A stretch of DNA of 61,639 nt, the filler included, from Circinaria calcarea (taxonomy: Eukaryota), in assembly GCA_051942165.1 (NCBI GenBank). It is 9 parts of 9 records of this genome, joined end to end, with 100 filler letters (N's around TTAATTAATTAA, not from the genome) between each part and the next. Parts side by side here need not be neighbours in the genome. Positions count along the whole stretch, not along the records: positions 20,599 to 27,358 come from JAVECS010001495.1; positions 27,459 to 34,217 come from JAVECS010001496.1; positions 34,318 to 41,074 come from JAVECS010001497.1; 6 more parts are not named here. One strand, given 5' to 3'. Below the pieces are notes generated by a model. That model was not told the origin of the DNA. It did no database searches and saw only the letters and a program-made list of their open reading frames with translations. This document shows positions 26,031 to 37,377 of this stretch, one piece after another. The position numbers were made by a program, and so were the translations under genes. How positions within the stretch are numbered: the first letter of the stretch is position 1; each line of letters starts with the position of its first letter.

Positions 26031-26964
26031 CGTTGCTATGAACAAATGATATGAGATTAGTAGGAGTCGGCCAGATACATATTACCTTAACAACAGAGCC
26101 ACACACTGAGTGGACAAAGTTCGGAGCGCGTTGGACGTACCTTCAGAGGTTGCAGTGTTTACAAACGAGTGTAGCGGCAACTACAGTTGAACTGCGAGAA
26201 CGAGTGACGAAAAGGTGAATGGTTAATGAGTGACTGAACAGCCTCGCCGCAACTGATGATCCAATTCCTGGAGTTGAACGAAAGTACAGGAGAGTTGAGT
26301 TGGGTTGAACGGATGAAAACAAGAGAATGACGAAGACTTTCGTTTATGTTCCATCCTCTTAGCGCTGGATAGAAGACGCTTAGGGCATCTAATTTCGCCA
26401 TACCCCTACTAGCGTAGTTTCCGAAAGTCATACAGCTTCTTCATTTCGGGTTGTACAGGAAGGAATCGGGCCATGCACGGCCCCGGACGAACACTCTACG
26501 GACCCACCAATTCCTTCCGTTCGGACTTCACCACGTTGTGAGGCTGCAGGTTCTGACAGACGCAGGTCTCCGCTTCATTGTGTTTCACAGGCGCTTTCAC
26601 GTACATGCGGAGGAGAGCTTGGTGCAGGTAATGGTGGTTTCTCCGAGCCAATGATTCTTCTTCGAATGTACATTCTTGGACAAATCCATCAATGGTGATG
26701 TCAAGAGCTCGAGTGGATCAACATGATCATCCCTTTGAGAGAGTTGGAAATGGCATGATTGAACGTTCAAGAATGGGATTGCCATTGGCACCGTGATGCA
26801 AAGAGACCGATCAGGACCAAAGCCCAAGACATTATTCTGGCTATGAGAGAGATAGGTACTACCACCTAAAAATGCCAACCTTGATTGCATGATCCATGCC
26901 TGCCAGGCCCTAATTCATTCACCCCTGGCCACATAAGAATGTACGCGGTAAGTGTGTTTGAGAT

Positions 26965-27358
26965 TTACTCCGCCTTCTTGGCCTGTTCACGTAGATTTGG
27001 TGCGGTCCCATGGGCTGTAACGTTTCCCTTTTCCATGTCTGCAGCCCATAGAGCTGCACCGACAGTGTTCGTGAAGGCGAATAGGATGGAAGCGATGGGT
27101 ACGAGTTCGAGGAGAACGGCAGCAACGCCAAAGCTATTCAAAGAATTACTATCAGTAACCAAAAGTTGAAAAGGAAGCCGGCTTTCTTACCTCGTGTAAG
27201 CTGCTTTGTGCTGCTCGATATGCTTCTCACGTTGCGCTCCATTCCATTCCTTTAGCTGGAAATACCTCGTGTGGGCCACTGGTCCGGCCCTTCTTCCCTG
27301 CAAAATGACAAACATAATCGTCCCGACAATGGGGATGAAGTTCAAAGGTAGATACATT
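26965..27358 (-). CDS. RRT8/Lds (EI24-like) membrane protein, 3' part
   Basis: LPLNFIPIVGT...GPVAHTRYFQLK...AAYT|SFGVAAVLLELVPIASILFAFTNTVGAALWAAD; 5' end lost at contig boundary. Confidence 0.82.
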
Positions 27359-27458
27359 NNNNNNNNNNNNNNNNNNNNNNNNNNNNNNNNNNNNNNNNNN
27401 NNTTAATTAATTAANNNNNNNNNNNNNNNNNNNNNNNNNNNNNNNNNNNNNNNNNNNN
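27359..27458. other. Artificial contig-joining spacer
   Basis: N44-TTAATTAATTAA-N44. Confidence 0.99.
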
Positions 27459-27977
27459 GGATTTCGGTGAGGGGGAGGGGGTTGCTGGGCATGGTGAGTA
27501 ATGTGGTGATCTCTCGTTCTTGTGATGATAAGAATTGGCTTGGTGGTTGCTGTGAAATTGAGGGGCTGAAGAGGATGAATGAGAGTATGAGCGAGCAGAT
27601 GGTGAAGGATTGTTGGGTGAACCTCGCTTGGATATAAGCCCTTAGGGCTGTGCGGTATCTACTCGAGGGGATTTCATCCCCCACATTGATTATGAAGACG
27701 TCAACACGTGGACTTCTCACTTCAGTCACTTACAATACTTGGAAGTTAGGCGGATATGAGCCTTGATACAATGTTAATAATGCAATTACCATTCCGCTAA
27801 GTTTTTAGAGTTATGGCTTGGCTACCATATACTGGCACGGCTAGGTCCTTCTATCAATCGATCATCACCAGTCCACCTATTCTAAAATTCGCCGTTCGCA
27901 ATCTAGAATACACGCAGAGAAACATGACAGAAGAGTAGCCGAAGTGGATAGAGCACTAATAAACACTTCGACAAAGT

Positions 27978-30035
27978 TCAAGTCCCTTTTCCGGCATCCT
28001 CTTTGAGACTCACAATTCTATTCAGCACAATCTTATCTTCCGTACTATCCTTATCCATTGAAAAGTACGCAACTCGGAGGCCTTGGAAGCGTACAGTCTC
28101 CAGGCCTGGGCTGGAGGGATGTTCCGGGTCTGTGGTATCTGTTCCATCGTCTTGCGTATCCTTTGCGGATAAACCTTTTTCTCCCTCCTCCTCTGGCCAT
28201 GGTGCTCGCCTCCGCACTTCATTCATTCCTGTTTCTATAAAGGCATTGGGGTATATCTCCTCGCTGTTAGGGTTGAGGTCGTTCATAAAGCCTCCCTCCG
28301 CTGCGTCTGGGTTTTCTGACTTGAACAGGGAGGAGAAAATCCGAACTTCAGCTTTAATAGGAGATTTGTGCTTTTCCGATAATGCTACCCATTGAATGTA
28401 AGTTTTAGGCTTCTTGAACGCGCCCCCTTCCTCTGGTTTTTCATAAGTTGCGTGGACTTTGGTGATTTCTCCAGTCGCTTCATCCTTGTCGAAAGCGGTC
28501 GCTTTGATAGGAAAAGGGACTTTCAGCAGGCCCACCGATTTACCGGGGGCTAGCCGGAAGTAGTCTTTGCTATCAACTTCGCGAAAGTCGCTTCGATCTA
28601 TGTAGACCGTTTTGGTAAAAGGAACAATGTGGTTGCCCATCGCAGGGTCCTTGGGAGAAAATGGTAGCTCAATCTCTTCTAGGTAGTCCTCTGGTAAATC
28701 GTCAATGACCACAGGTATCGGATCCAGGACAAGCATCAGGCGAGGAACAGTTTGTTCAAGGTAGCGACGGACAGTCTGTTCAAAGCGCACTAGTTGAATG
28801 TTCGTCAAAGCGGTCGATACGCCGAGCTCATTGACGAATGATAGAATGGCACCGGGAGGTACTCCTCGCCTCCGCAAGGCTACCAAAGTGTAAAGCCGAG
28901 GATCATCCCATCCTCGTACGATGCTCTCACCAACTAGCTTTGCTATTTTCCGTTTGGAAAGGACTGTTCCCGTTACATTCAGACGACCATACCTACATTC
29001 TAAAGTCAGTGAATTGTGGTCGCAAAACCCTACAGAGTACGTACTCCCTCTGCATAGGTTTATAAACCCCCAACGCGTCACAAAGCCATTCATATGAAAC
29101 CCTCGACAGTTGGAACTCGGTCGTACATAGGGAATGAGAGATGCTTTCAAAACTATCACAAAGACAGTGCGTATAGTCGTATGTCGGGTAAATCTTCCAC
29201 TTGTTACCTGTTCTGTGGTGCGTAGCGTCTAGGACCCGATATGCCGTCAAATCCCACATTTGAGGGTTCCCATCTTCCATATTCTGCTTCATGCGTAGCA
29301 CCGCTTCTTGTGGTTTGTACTTGCCGTCACGCATTGCACGAAATTGGATCAAGGAGTCTTCAGTCGGCCTGTCACGATGCGGGCAATTATACCTTGGCAA
29401 GCCTTTACCTTCTCCACGTTGTTTCTTCACCTCAGTATCTGTACCGTAGTATGTCAACTGGAATCAGCTGCTAGATCACGCGTAAGACGCTCACCTGAAC
29501 AATGGCAGACATATGCACCATCTCGCTTTATAAGCTCTTCCGCTAGCTCGTAGAGCCTCTGGAAATTGTCACTGGAATAGGTGATCTTGAACGGTTTGAA
29601 GCCTAGCCACTGGATCATTTCTCGGATGGCAATGAAATATTTTTCCTCCTCGGCTGCTGGATTCGTGTCGTCAAAACGGAGATAGCAGTCTCCGCCGTAG
29701 TACCTAGCAAATCCAAAGTTGATTGCAATGGCCTTACTGTGACCGATATGAAGATATCCATTGGGTTCTGGGGGAAACCGGGTGATGACATGCTCAACTG
29801 GTCTCTCATTATAGACAGCCTTCAAGAAGCCCTCTTTAAACATGGAGTTGGGATCTAAAGGTGTAACTGGAACATTTGGGGCTTTCTCCTTTTTAGGCAC
29901 GGGGGGTTTGGGCTCTTTTTGTTCTTTTGGCTCTTTGGCCGGCTTAGGCGCTTTTGTCTTCTTCTGGGCCTTGACCAACTTCTCCATGTCCTTTGGCCTC
30001 TCTGAAATATCCGAAATATCTGAATTATTGCTCAT
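27978..30035 (-). CDS. GLN4: Glutaminyl-tRNA synthetase
   Basis: [18 protein letters not shown] (HIGH), [32 protein letters not shown]...VLSKRK, GWDDPRL; introns 29494-29439 and 29044-28993; start ATG 30035 is the best guess. Confidence 0.95.
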
Positions 30036-30341
30036 ACTGACTGCGGAAGTGAAGACGTTGTTACTTGCATGGGAGAACCTTCCAATTGACTCATCCAAAT
30101 ACACCCTATTAATCGTAAATGGAATACCCGACAATCCCAAAGACCCCTGCAAGTGTAGGGCAACCGGGCCGAAGATGATCCATCTGGATACATGTAGAAT
30201 CCGATTTCTTCTAAAGTCTGCTGTAACACAACAAATTTCGCCGCCACCAAGTGAAGGAAGAATCCATAGGGTGTCAGACCAGGATATGTCCGATTTACCC
30301 ATCATAGTCTAACGAAGGTCCGGACCCTATCTTCCACAAAT

Positions 30342-33300
30342 ATGTGAGTACTCCCTGCTCTAGACATGCCCAGCTTTGCTCATTCATATGCCACAGGGCG
30401 GCGCCGCTCGTTGATAGCCCTCAGATCCAGTCCGCGACTCTCCGCAATCCTCTCCCATTCTTTGCCCATCTTTACATCTGGCCCTTTCTATTCGTCTGGC
30501 CGGTGTTCTTTGCCTACTACTTATCCGAAGAGCGCTACAATACCTATATTGGCGGAGAAGAATGGACTTTCGTCTGGGCCGGTTCAATCATCACAATAGA
30601 GGCTCTTACTTGGTTATTAACGAAGTGGAATGTCAATCTTGATGCGCTCTTCACTACCACGGCAGCAAAAGATGTTCCGACGGCGAGGCTCATCAAGGTC
30701 ATACCAGTCACCAATGCAGGCTCAGCAGAGATCTGTACCCTTATCAGAGATACCGTACGTTACAAAACGTTAGACATGTGGCACAAGACTAACTCCTTTT
30801 CCAAACAGAATGGTGGGAAGAAGAACATCTCCTTTTTGTTCCAGAAGAGGCGCTTTCTTTATGACTACGAAAACGGAAGCTTTGCGCCGCTATCGTATGC
30901 TCTTGATTCGGATCCGGCACCGTCCATAGGATCTTTCCAAAGATCTCACGGTCTGACGTCGAGAGAAGAAATAGACCGGATACAGCAGCATTATGGAGAT
31001 AATACTTTCGACATTCCTGTCCCAACTTTCACGGAACTTTGGAAGGAGCATGCAGTGGCACCATTCTTCGTTTTCCAAATCTTTTGCGTAGGTCTCTGGC
31101 TGCTGGACGATTACTGGTATTACTCGCTCTTTACGCTGTTCATGCTCGTTGCTTTTGAAAGTACCGTAGTCTGGCAGAGGCAGAGAACTCTGAATGAATT
31201 CCGAGGGATGAGCATTAAACCCTACGAGATTTGGATATATAGGGAGAACACTTGGTTACAGACTACCAGTGATAAGCTTCTACCAGGAGATTTGGTCTCT
31301 GTAGGTCGGACTAAGGAGGACGGCGGTGTAGCTTGCGACATGCTTTTGGTTGAAGGATCTGCCATCGTTAATGAAGCTATGCTATCGGGAGAGAGTACGC
31401 CGCTACTGAAAGACTCTATACAACTACGACCAAATGACGCTTTGATCGAGCCGGAAGGACTGGACAAGAACGCTTTTCTGTACGGTGGGACGAAAGTCCT
31501 GCAGATCACTCATGGAAATGCAAGTGAAGACTCACCAGAAACTGTGCCAACCTTTGCATCCGGAGTGGAGCCGCCACCAGATAAAGGGGCAATGGCAATT
31601 GTTGTCAAAACTGGTTTCGAGACGAGCCAAGGTAGTCTTGTCCGTACTATGATATATTCCACCGAAAGGGTATCCGCAAACAACTCAGAAGCCCTCTTAT
31701 TCATTCTATTTCTACTGGTCTTCGCGATTGCCGCCTCGTGGTACGTTTGGCAAGAGGGCGTTAGCCAAGACCGGAAGCGCTCCAAGTTACTGCTTGACTG
31801 TGTCTTGATCATTACCAGCGTGGTACCTCCAGAACTACCAATGGAGCTCAGTCTTGCCGTAAATACCAGTTTAGCTGCTTTAAGCCGGTACGCAATCTTC
31901 TGTACGGAGCCTTTCAGAATACCATTTGCAGGCCGTGTTGACGTTGCCTGCTTCGACAAGACCGGAACGCTGACCGGTGAAAACTTGGTGGTCGATGGTA
32001 TCGCAGGGCTTTCTCTAGGAGATAGCAAAGCTGCTAAGGAGAAGAATGTTGCACATACCAAAATGACACCAGTGACGGAAGTAGGATTACAAACAACGTT
32101 GGTCTTGGCTACTGCTCACGCGCTTGTGAAACTGGACGAGGGCGAAATTGTCGGCGACCCAATGGAGAAAGCTACCCTAAGTTCACTGGGATGGGAACTC
32201 GGCAGCCGTGATACTCTCACAAGCAAGGTTACCTCGACATCGAAAGGAGGTACAAGTGGCGGGGACCTTGTTCAGATCAAGCGACGCTTTCAATTTTCGT
32301 CGTCCCTGAAAAGGCAATCATCTGTAGCTACAGTCGTCACTACGGATCGCGCAACATCACGGAAAGTCAAAGGAACATTTGTAGGAGTGAAGGGTGCGCC
32401 GGAAACAATTCGGACTATGCTTAGGACTACACCGCCCAACTATGAAGAAACTTTCAAGTACTTTACGAGGAATGGGGGAAGAGTGCTGGCTCTTGGCTAC
32501 CGGTATCTCTCCACGGATTCGGAATTAGGCCAGACCCGGATCAACACTCTCAAGCGAGAAGAAGTGGAAACCGATCTGACGTTTGCTGGTTTCCTGGTGT
32601 TGCAGTGCCCGCTTAAGGAGGATGCAAAGCAATCTGTACGGATGCTCAACGAAAGTAGCCATCGAGTGGTAATGATCACTGGTGATAATCCTCTGACAGC
32701 AGTCCATGTCGCACGACAGGTTGAAATCGTTGACCGTGAGGTACTTATCCTGGACGCCCCCGAGCATGATGACAGTGGCACAAAGCTTGTCTGGCGCAGC
32801 ATTGATGACAAGATTAATATTCCGGTGGATCCAAGTGCGCCACTTAACGAAGAGATCATCGAAACCAAGGATCTTTGTGTCACTGGGTATGCTTTGGGCA
32901 AATACAAGAATGAGCCGGCTTTGAAGCAACTCTTGCGATACACATGGGTTTATGCTCGTGTGTCGCCTAAGCAAAAGGAAGAAATCCTGATTGGATTGAA
33001 GGCTGCTGGCTATACAACTCTCATGTGCGGTGATGGCACCAACGATGTGGGCGCTTTGAAGCAAGCTCATATTGGTGTTGCATTACTTAATGGCTCGCAA
33101 GATGATCTGAACAGGATCGCGGAGCATTACAGGACTAACAAGATGAAAGAAATCTATGAAAAGCAAATTTCGATAATGAAGAGGTTCAACCAGCCGGAAC
33201 CGCCAGTGCCTGTGCAGATAGCGCATCTTTACCCACCAGGTCCAAGTAACCCTCATTACGAGAAGGCGATGATTCGCGAAGCCGAGAAAAGGGGAACTGC

Positions 33301-34217
33301 TAGCGCAGTGGCAGTACATTCGGATGCTGCGGATAAGGCCAATGGCGTTCCCACCATAACTTCACCTGGCGCAAAGGCATCGCAAGAGGCCAACAGCACC
33401 TTGACGCCAGTGCAGCAAAAACAACGGAACGCCCAACAGGCAGCTGCTGGGTTAGCTGATAAACTCACTGCATCGATGATGGAGCAGGAACTGGACGAAA
33501 ATGAGCCGCCAACTATCAAGCTTGGTGATGCATCTGTGGCAGCTCCCTTCACAAGTAAATTGGCAAATGTCATTGCTATCCCCAACATCATACGCCAGGG
33601 TCGCTGTACACTTGTGGCCACCATACAAATGTACAAGATCTTGGCATTGAACTGCTTAATTAGCGCGTATAGTCTGAGTGTGTTATATTTGGAGGGGATT
33701 AAGTTTGGAGATGGTCAGGTCACGATCAGCGGGATGCTCATGAGCGTCTGCTTTTTGTCGATCTCTAGAGCAAAGGTTCGTGGTTGCAGCGATCGGAAGG
33801 TAACCTCTGCTAACCTTGTCTATAGTCAGTCGAAGGGCTTTCTAAAGAGCGTCCGCAACCAAAGATCTTCAACCCTTACATCATCGGATCAGTCCTCGGT
33901 CAATTCGCCGTCCATATTATCACCCTCATCTACATATCTAGATACGTTGAACAGATCGAGCCTCGTAAGGATAAAGTCGACTTGGAAGGCGAATTCGAAC
34001 CGTCCCTACTTAACAGCGCCGTCTACCTGTTGCAGCTCATACAACAGATCTCAACGTTTGCAATCAACTATCAAGGAAGACCTTTCCGGGAAGGCATCAG
34101 AGAGAACCGCGGTATGTACTGGGGTCTTATTCTAGTGTCCGGAGTCGCTTTCTCGTGCTCCACGGAATTCATACCGGAGATCAATGAGAAGATGAGGCTT
34201 GTCAAGTTCTCCAGCGC
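30342..34217 (+). CDS. SPF1: P5A-type ATPase Spf1/Cod1, 3' end truncated
   Basis: APFFVFQIFC, LSGESTP, PPELPMEL, phosphorylation site CFDKTGTLT, KGAPE, MITGDN, MCGDGTNDVGALK, KLGDASVAAPFTS; introns 30344-30396 (inside the start codon), 30755-30808, 33776-33825. Confidence 0.96.
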
Positions 34218-34317
34218 NNNNNNNNNNNNNNNNNNNNNNNNNNNNNNNNNNNNNNNNNNNNTTAATTAATTAANNNNNNNNNNNNNNNNNNNNNNNNNNN
34301 NNNNNNNNNNNNNNNNN
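34218..34317. other. Artificial contig-joining spacer
   Basis: N44-TTAATTAATTAA-N44. Confidence 0.99.
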
Positions 34318-34834
34318 GAAGGGGAAAGGGGAGGGATGTGAGTCGGTGGAAACTGACATACGGTTATTCGAAGGAGGAGGGATTCGAGGAAGGCGTCGTC
34401 GGTGGCGAGGGTTCGGAGGACTTGGGGGTCGGAGGAGATGTTGATGAGGATGGTGAGGGCGTTCTTGGCGATGGGCTACTTTGGTGGTGAGTGAGATTTC
34501 TTTTCCACCTGCGGCATTATGAACGGGTGATGGCACCTACGCCATAGTCCTTGACGAGCAGCTTCAGATCTTTGACCGGCGTCAGTGAGCCCGTCTTGAA
34601 GACTGCTGGCTCTTTCTTAGAATAGGGTACAAGAGCCTCAACCGCTAATTAAGAAATAAGTTAGATGTGTGTCTACCGTGGAGGCTTGGAAAATGTAAGC
34701 TCACCTGTCTGCCGGATTTGAGTGTTGCCATGATGGAGGAATTCAACAAGCTACAAGGAAAGATGCATCAAAGTCTGCGTGAAGGATTTTCTCATATATG
34801 GCTGTTTGTGTACCTCTTCTAGTTCTGTGAGCAT
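34318..34834 (-). CDS. HGH1: HGH1 (FAM203, eEF2 chaperone), 5' part; missed by the ORF track
   Basis: Spliced: MLTELEE|LVEFLHHGNTQIRQT|AVEALVPYS...LKLLVKDYG|PIAKNALTILINISSD...FLESLLLRIT; exons 34834-34814, 34750-34705, 34644-..., truncated at contig end. Confidence 0.9.
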
Positions 34835-35333
34835 ACTTCTTCTGAACCTTGTCTACTCAAATATGATACAAGGATTTATTAGGCATACTAAAACAGTCAA
34901 CAGACAGTGCCGGATGAAAAAGTTTCTCGCACGAAGCCGTTTAAACTCCAAAGAACATATGATTTTCCTAAACATCACATGCTTTAATACTAAGTCTGAC
35001 ATCGCCAATACTCCATCGCCGGTATCACCGACTATCTAAGAAATCCCAAAATCCTGCTTCCAATGCTCCTGTATGCCTGGGTATCGTTTAGTGCCTTGTT
35101 CCTTTTTCATAAGTCGTGTACTCGAATTAGAGAAATCAAGCTTCGAAAATCGTCGTCGCCCTAGAGTAGAGGCATTTTCATAGTTCATAAATGTAGTCCT
35201 CTAGGCATCGTATAGAACCGCCAAATATACCACCGCAGTGAGAGTTCCCTGTCAAATCGGCGCCGCTGATCCTCTATAGTCGTCCGAAAAATATCTACTG
35301 ATGACCTGCTGACGGTATCCTTCAGCAAGAGCT

Positions 35334-36746
35334 CTAAGCTCCAGGGATTTTGTAACCTAGCTTAATAGATGGGTTGCTGACTTCTGTTAATCTGACTTCT
35401 TCCCACAGTGCCCGCAATCCATCAACATCGCAATCTGGAATCCCGATAGGATCTTCAATGAACCATCTTCGACCGCCGCAATTCTTATGATAAGCTTTCA
35501 GTGAGCCACCGTCCCACTCGTGAAAGGCGACGCTTCTGAAAAGTGCAACAGTGCCTGGAGGAGGCATGAAATGCAATGGATCAACAAACACACTAAGCTG
35601 TACTTTCTTCTTCGTACTCAGGTCCATGAGGCGAAAGTCTCGCTTGTCTGTTATGCCCCTCCGCTGTACGATATTCTCGCCAGTCGAGCAAATTATGGCA
35701 CAGACGTCATACAGTTTATTGCGGAAGGCTCTTGCCCGAGGAAGATCTACCAATGGAGTCACTCGAAGCGGTCGAAGCACTGGTAGTATACGCTTCAAAG
35801 GAGTTGAGATGGTGCGCGGGTTCTCAGGACTCTGCGGTTTGACTGATGGTTCGATCTCGATCGCCAATTCCGCCTGCGTCGCTTTTGGAGCTTTGTTTGG
35901 TTGTGAGTTGGCATTTGAGTTGATTGACGAAAGCGGGCTTGGCCGTTCCTCGTTTATCCATTTCCTCCTCTTTGGCTGGCGCTCTTCCTCCAAAGTATAT
36001 TCATTATTCGCCATTGTAGCCTTCGCCAATGCGTTCTCATCGTAGTATGGGACCAAATCAACTGCATCGTCCGCCGATGTAGTGCTCCCGGGACTGTTAT
36101 GTTCATCGAGGCCGGTGGGAATTGCTGTACTAATTTTGTCGAATATTGTTGCTACCGATTTATTTCCCTTTGCACTTGAGGTTGGAGTATGTGAAGCTTC
36201 CACAGGGCTTTGCTCGTATACCAGGCCATCGTCTCTTGTATTCTCTTCCCTACCGCGTGGATAGAAGTCGGCGATGAGTAAACATCTACGGTTTACGTCA
36301 GGTACTCGAAAAACTGAGGGTTAGAGAGAAAACATACAGTATGCTTCCATTGCCGGCTGTTCTTTGAACTCTAGCCAACTCATACTTGGTGACATCCACA
36401 TATGAGCCTAGGCTTATGTCGCCAGTCGTTACGAAAGGATGTATTTCGCGCTTCAGTATAGCTGATTAGATTTAAGGCAAGCATCAGCATGTTATCACCA
36501 GATTAGATTGATTCATGAGGGTTTCCAACCTTGAATAAGTTTCTCTCCATCACTAAGCCAGAGTCGATAGGCTTCACGCCCTGCGCTCCCCGAACCTCGC
36601 AGACGCGCTACATGTATCCTGTCAACCAACAGCCTCAAAGGGCCTTGGCATACACCTGTGCGGACGAGCTCCCTGATTACTGGTCTAAGGGGCGTCCGGA
36701 TCGTGTCATGGGCCATAGTCGGGGTGACGTGCATGGTGCCGGCCAT
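35334..36746 (-). CDS. Uncharacterised protein with RPA70N-like N-terminal OB fold and a C-terminal OB fold
   Basis: AYRLWLSDGEKLIQ|AILKREIHPFVTTGDISLGSYVDVTKYEL; low-complexity linker with KRRK; KLYDVCAII...KRDFRLMDLST..KVQLSVF...GTVALFRSVAFHEWDGGSLKAY; three exons. Confidence 0.7.
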
Positions 36747-37377
36747 TCATATAATTCAATCGCAACAGTCCCGAACGATGGCTCGGCATATTTATCAACC
36801 TTACTAAGAAGGAAGATCCTGTTCAGAAAAGAGGGATATGTGAATGAAGATGAAGGTCGAGCTATTTCTTAACACCGCGCGATTGCGGGTGGAGAAGTAG
36901 GAAGGTAGAATAGGAGTCGTAACAGTGTTAGCGCGAATCGACGATCAGATAAGATAGAATGACTGATAGAGTTGGCCTCCCTGATCTGAATTGTACTTGT
37001 GTTTGTATCTTCAATTAGGAGGTCTTATAATATGTATAGAAAACGATTGAGGCGCTCAGGGAAGAAACATGTGATCCTATCTAGCGCTTGCTTTTTCGAT
37101 CCCACCTCGACCGGTCTCATGCAGGCGAGTGCCACATGACACACAATGGAAGCGATTTTGCTACGAGAGGGCAGATAGAAAATTTATACAGACAACATTC
37201 CACTGAACCAGAGAAGGCCGTCGTCGAAAAAGACCTTTGACCGCGGCTGAGGAAGACGTCCATCCAGATTCGGACGCCTCACTCCTCCGTAAGCATCTTG
37301 ATGATGATAGTGACCGGCAGAATGACATTCTCTCGGATGAGAGTCCACCACTTCATCTGAAGAGGCTGCTAGCAGCC

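Noticed and set aside
27459..27492. Possible gene start MPSNPLPLTEI running off the contig
   Set aside because: Only 11 codons are visible, too few to identify.
30036..30305. 90-aa in-frame N-terminal extension of glutaminyl-tRNA synthetase
   Set aside because: No recognisable motif or targeting character, and it spans nearly the whole ~300-bp shared promoter with SPF1; probably a chance open frame.
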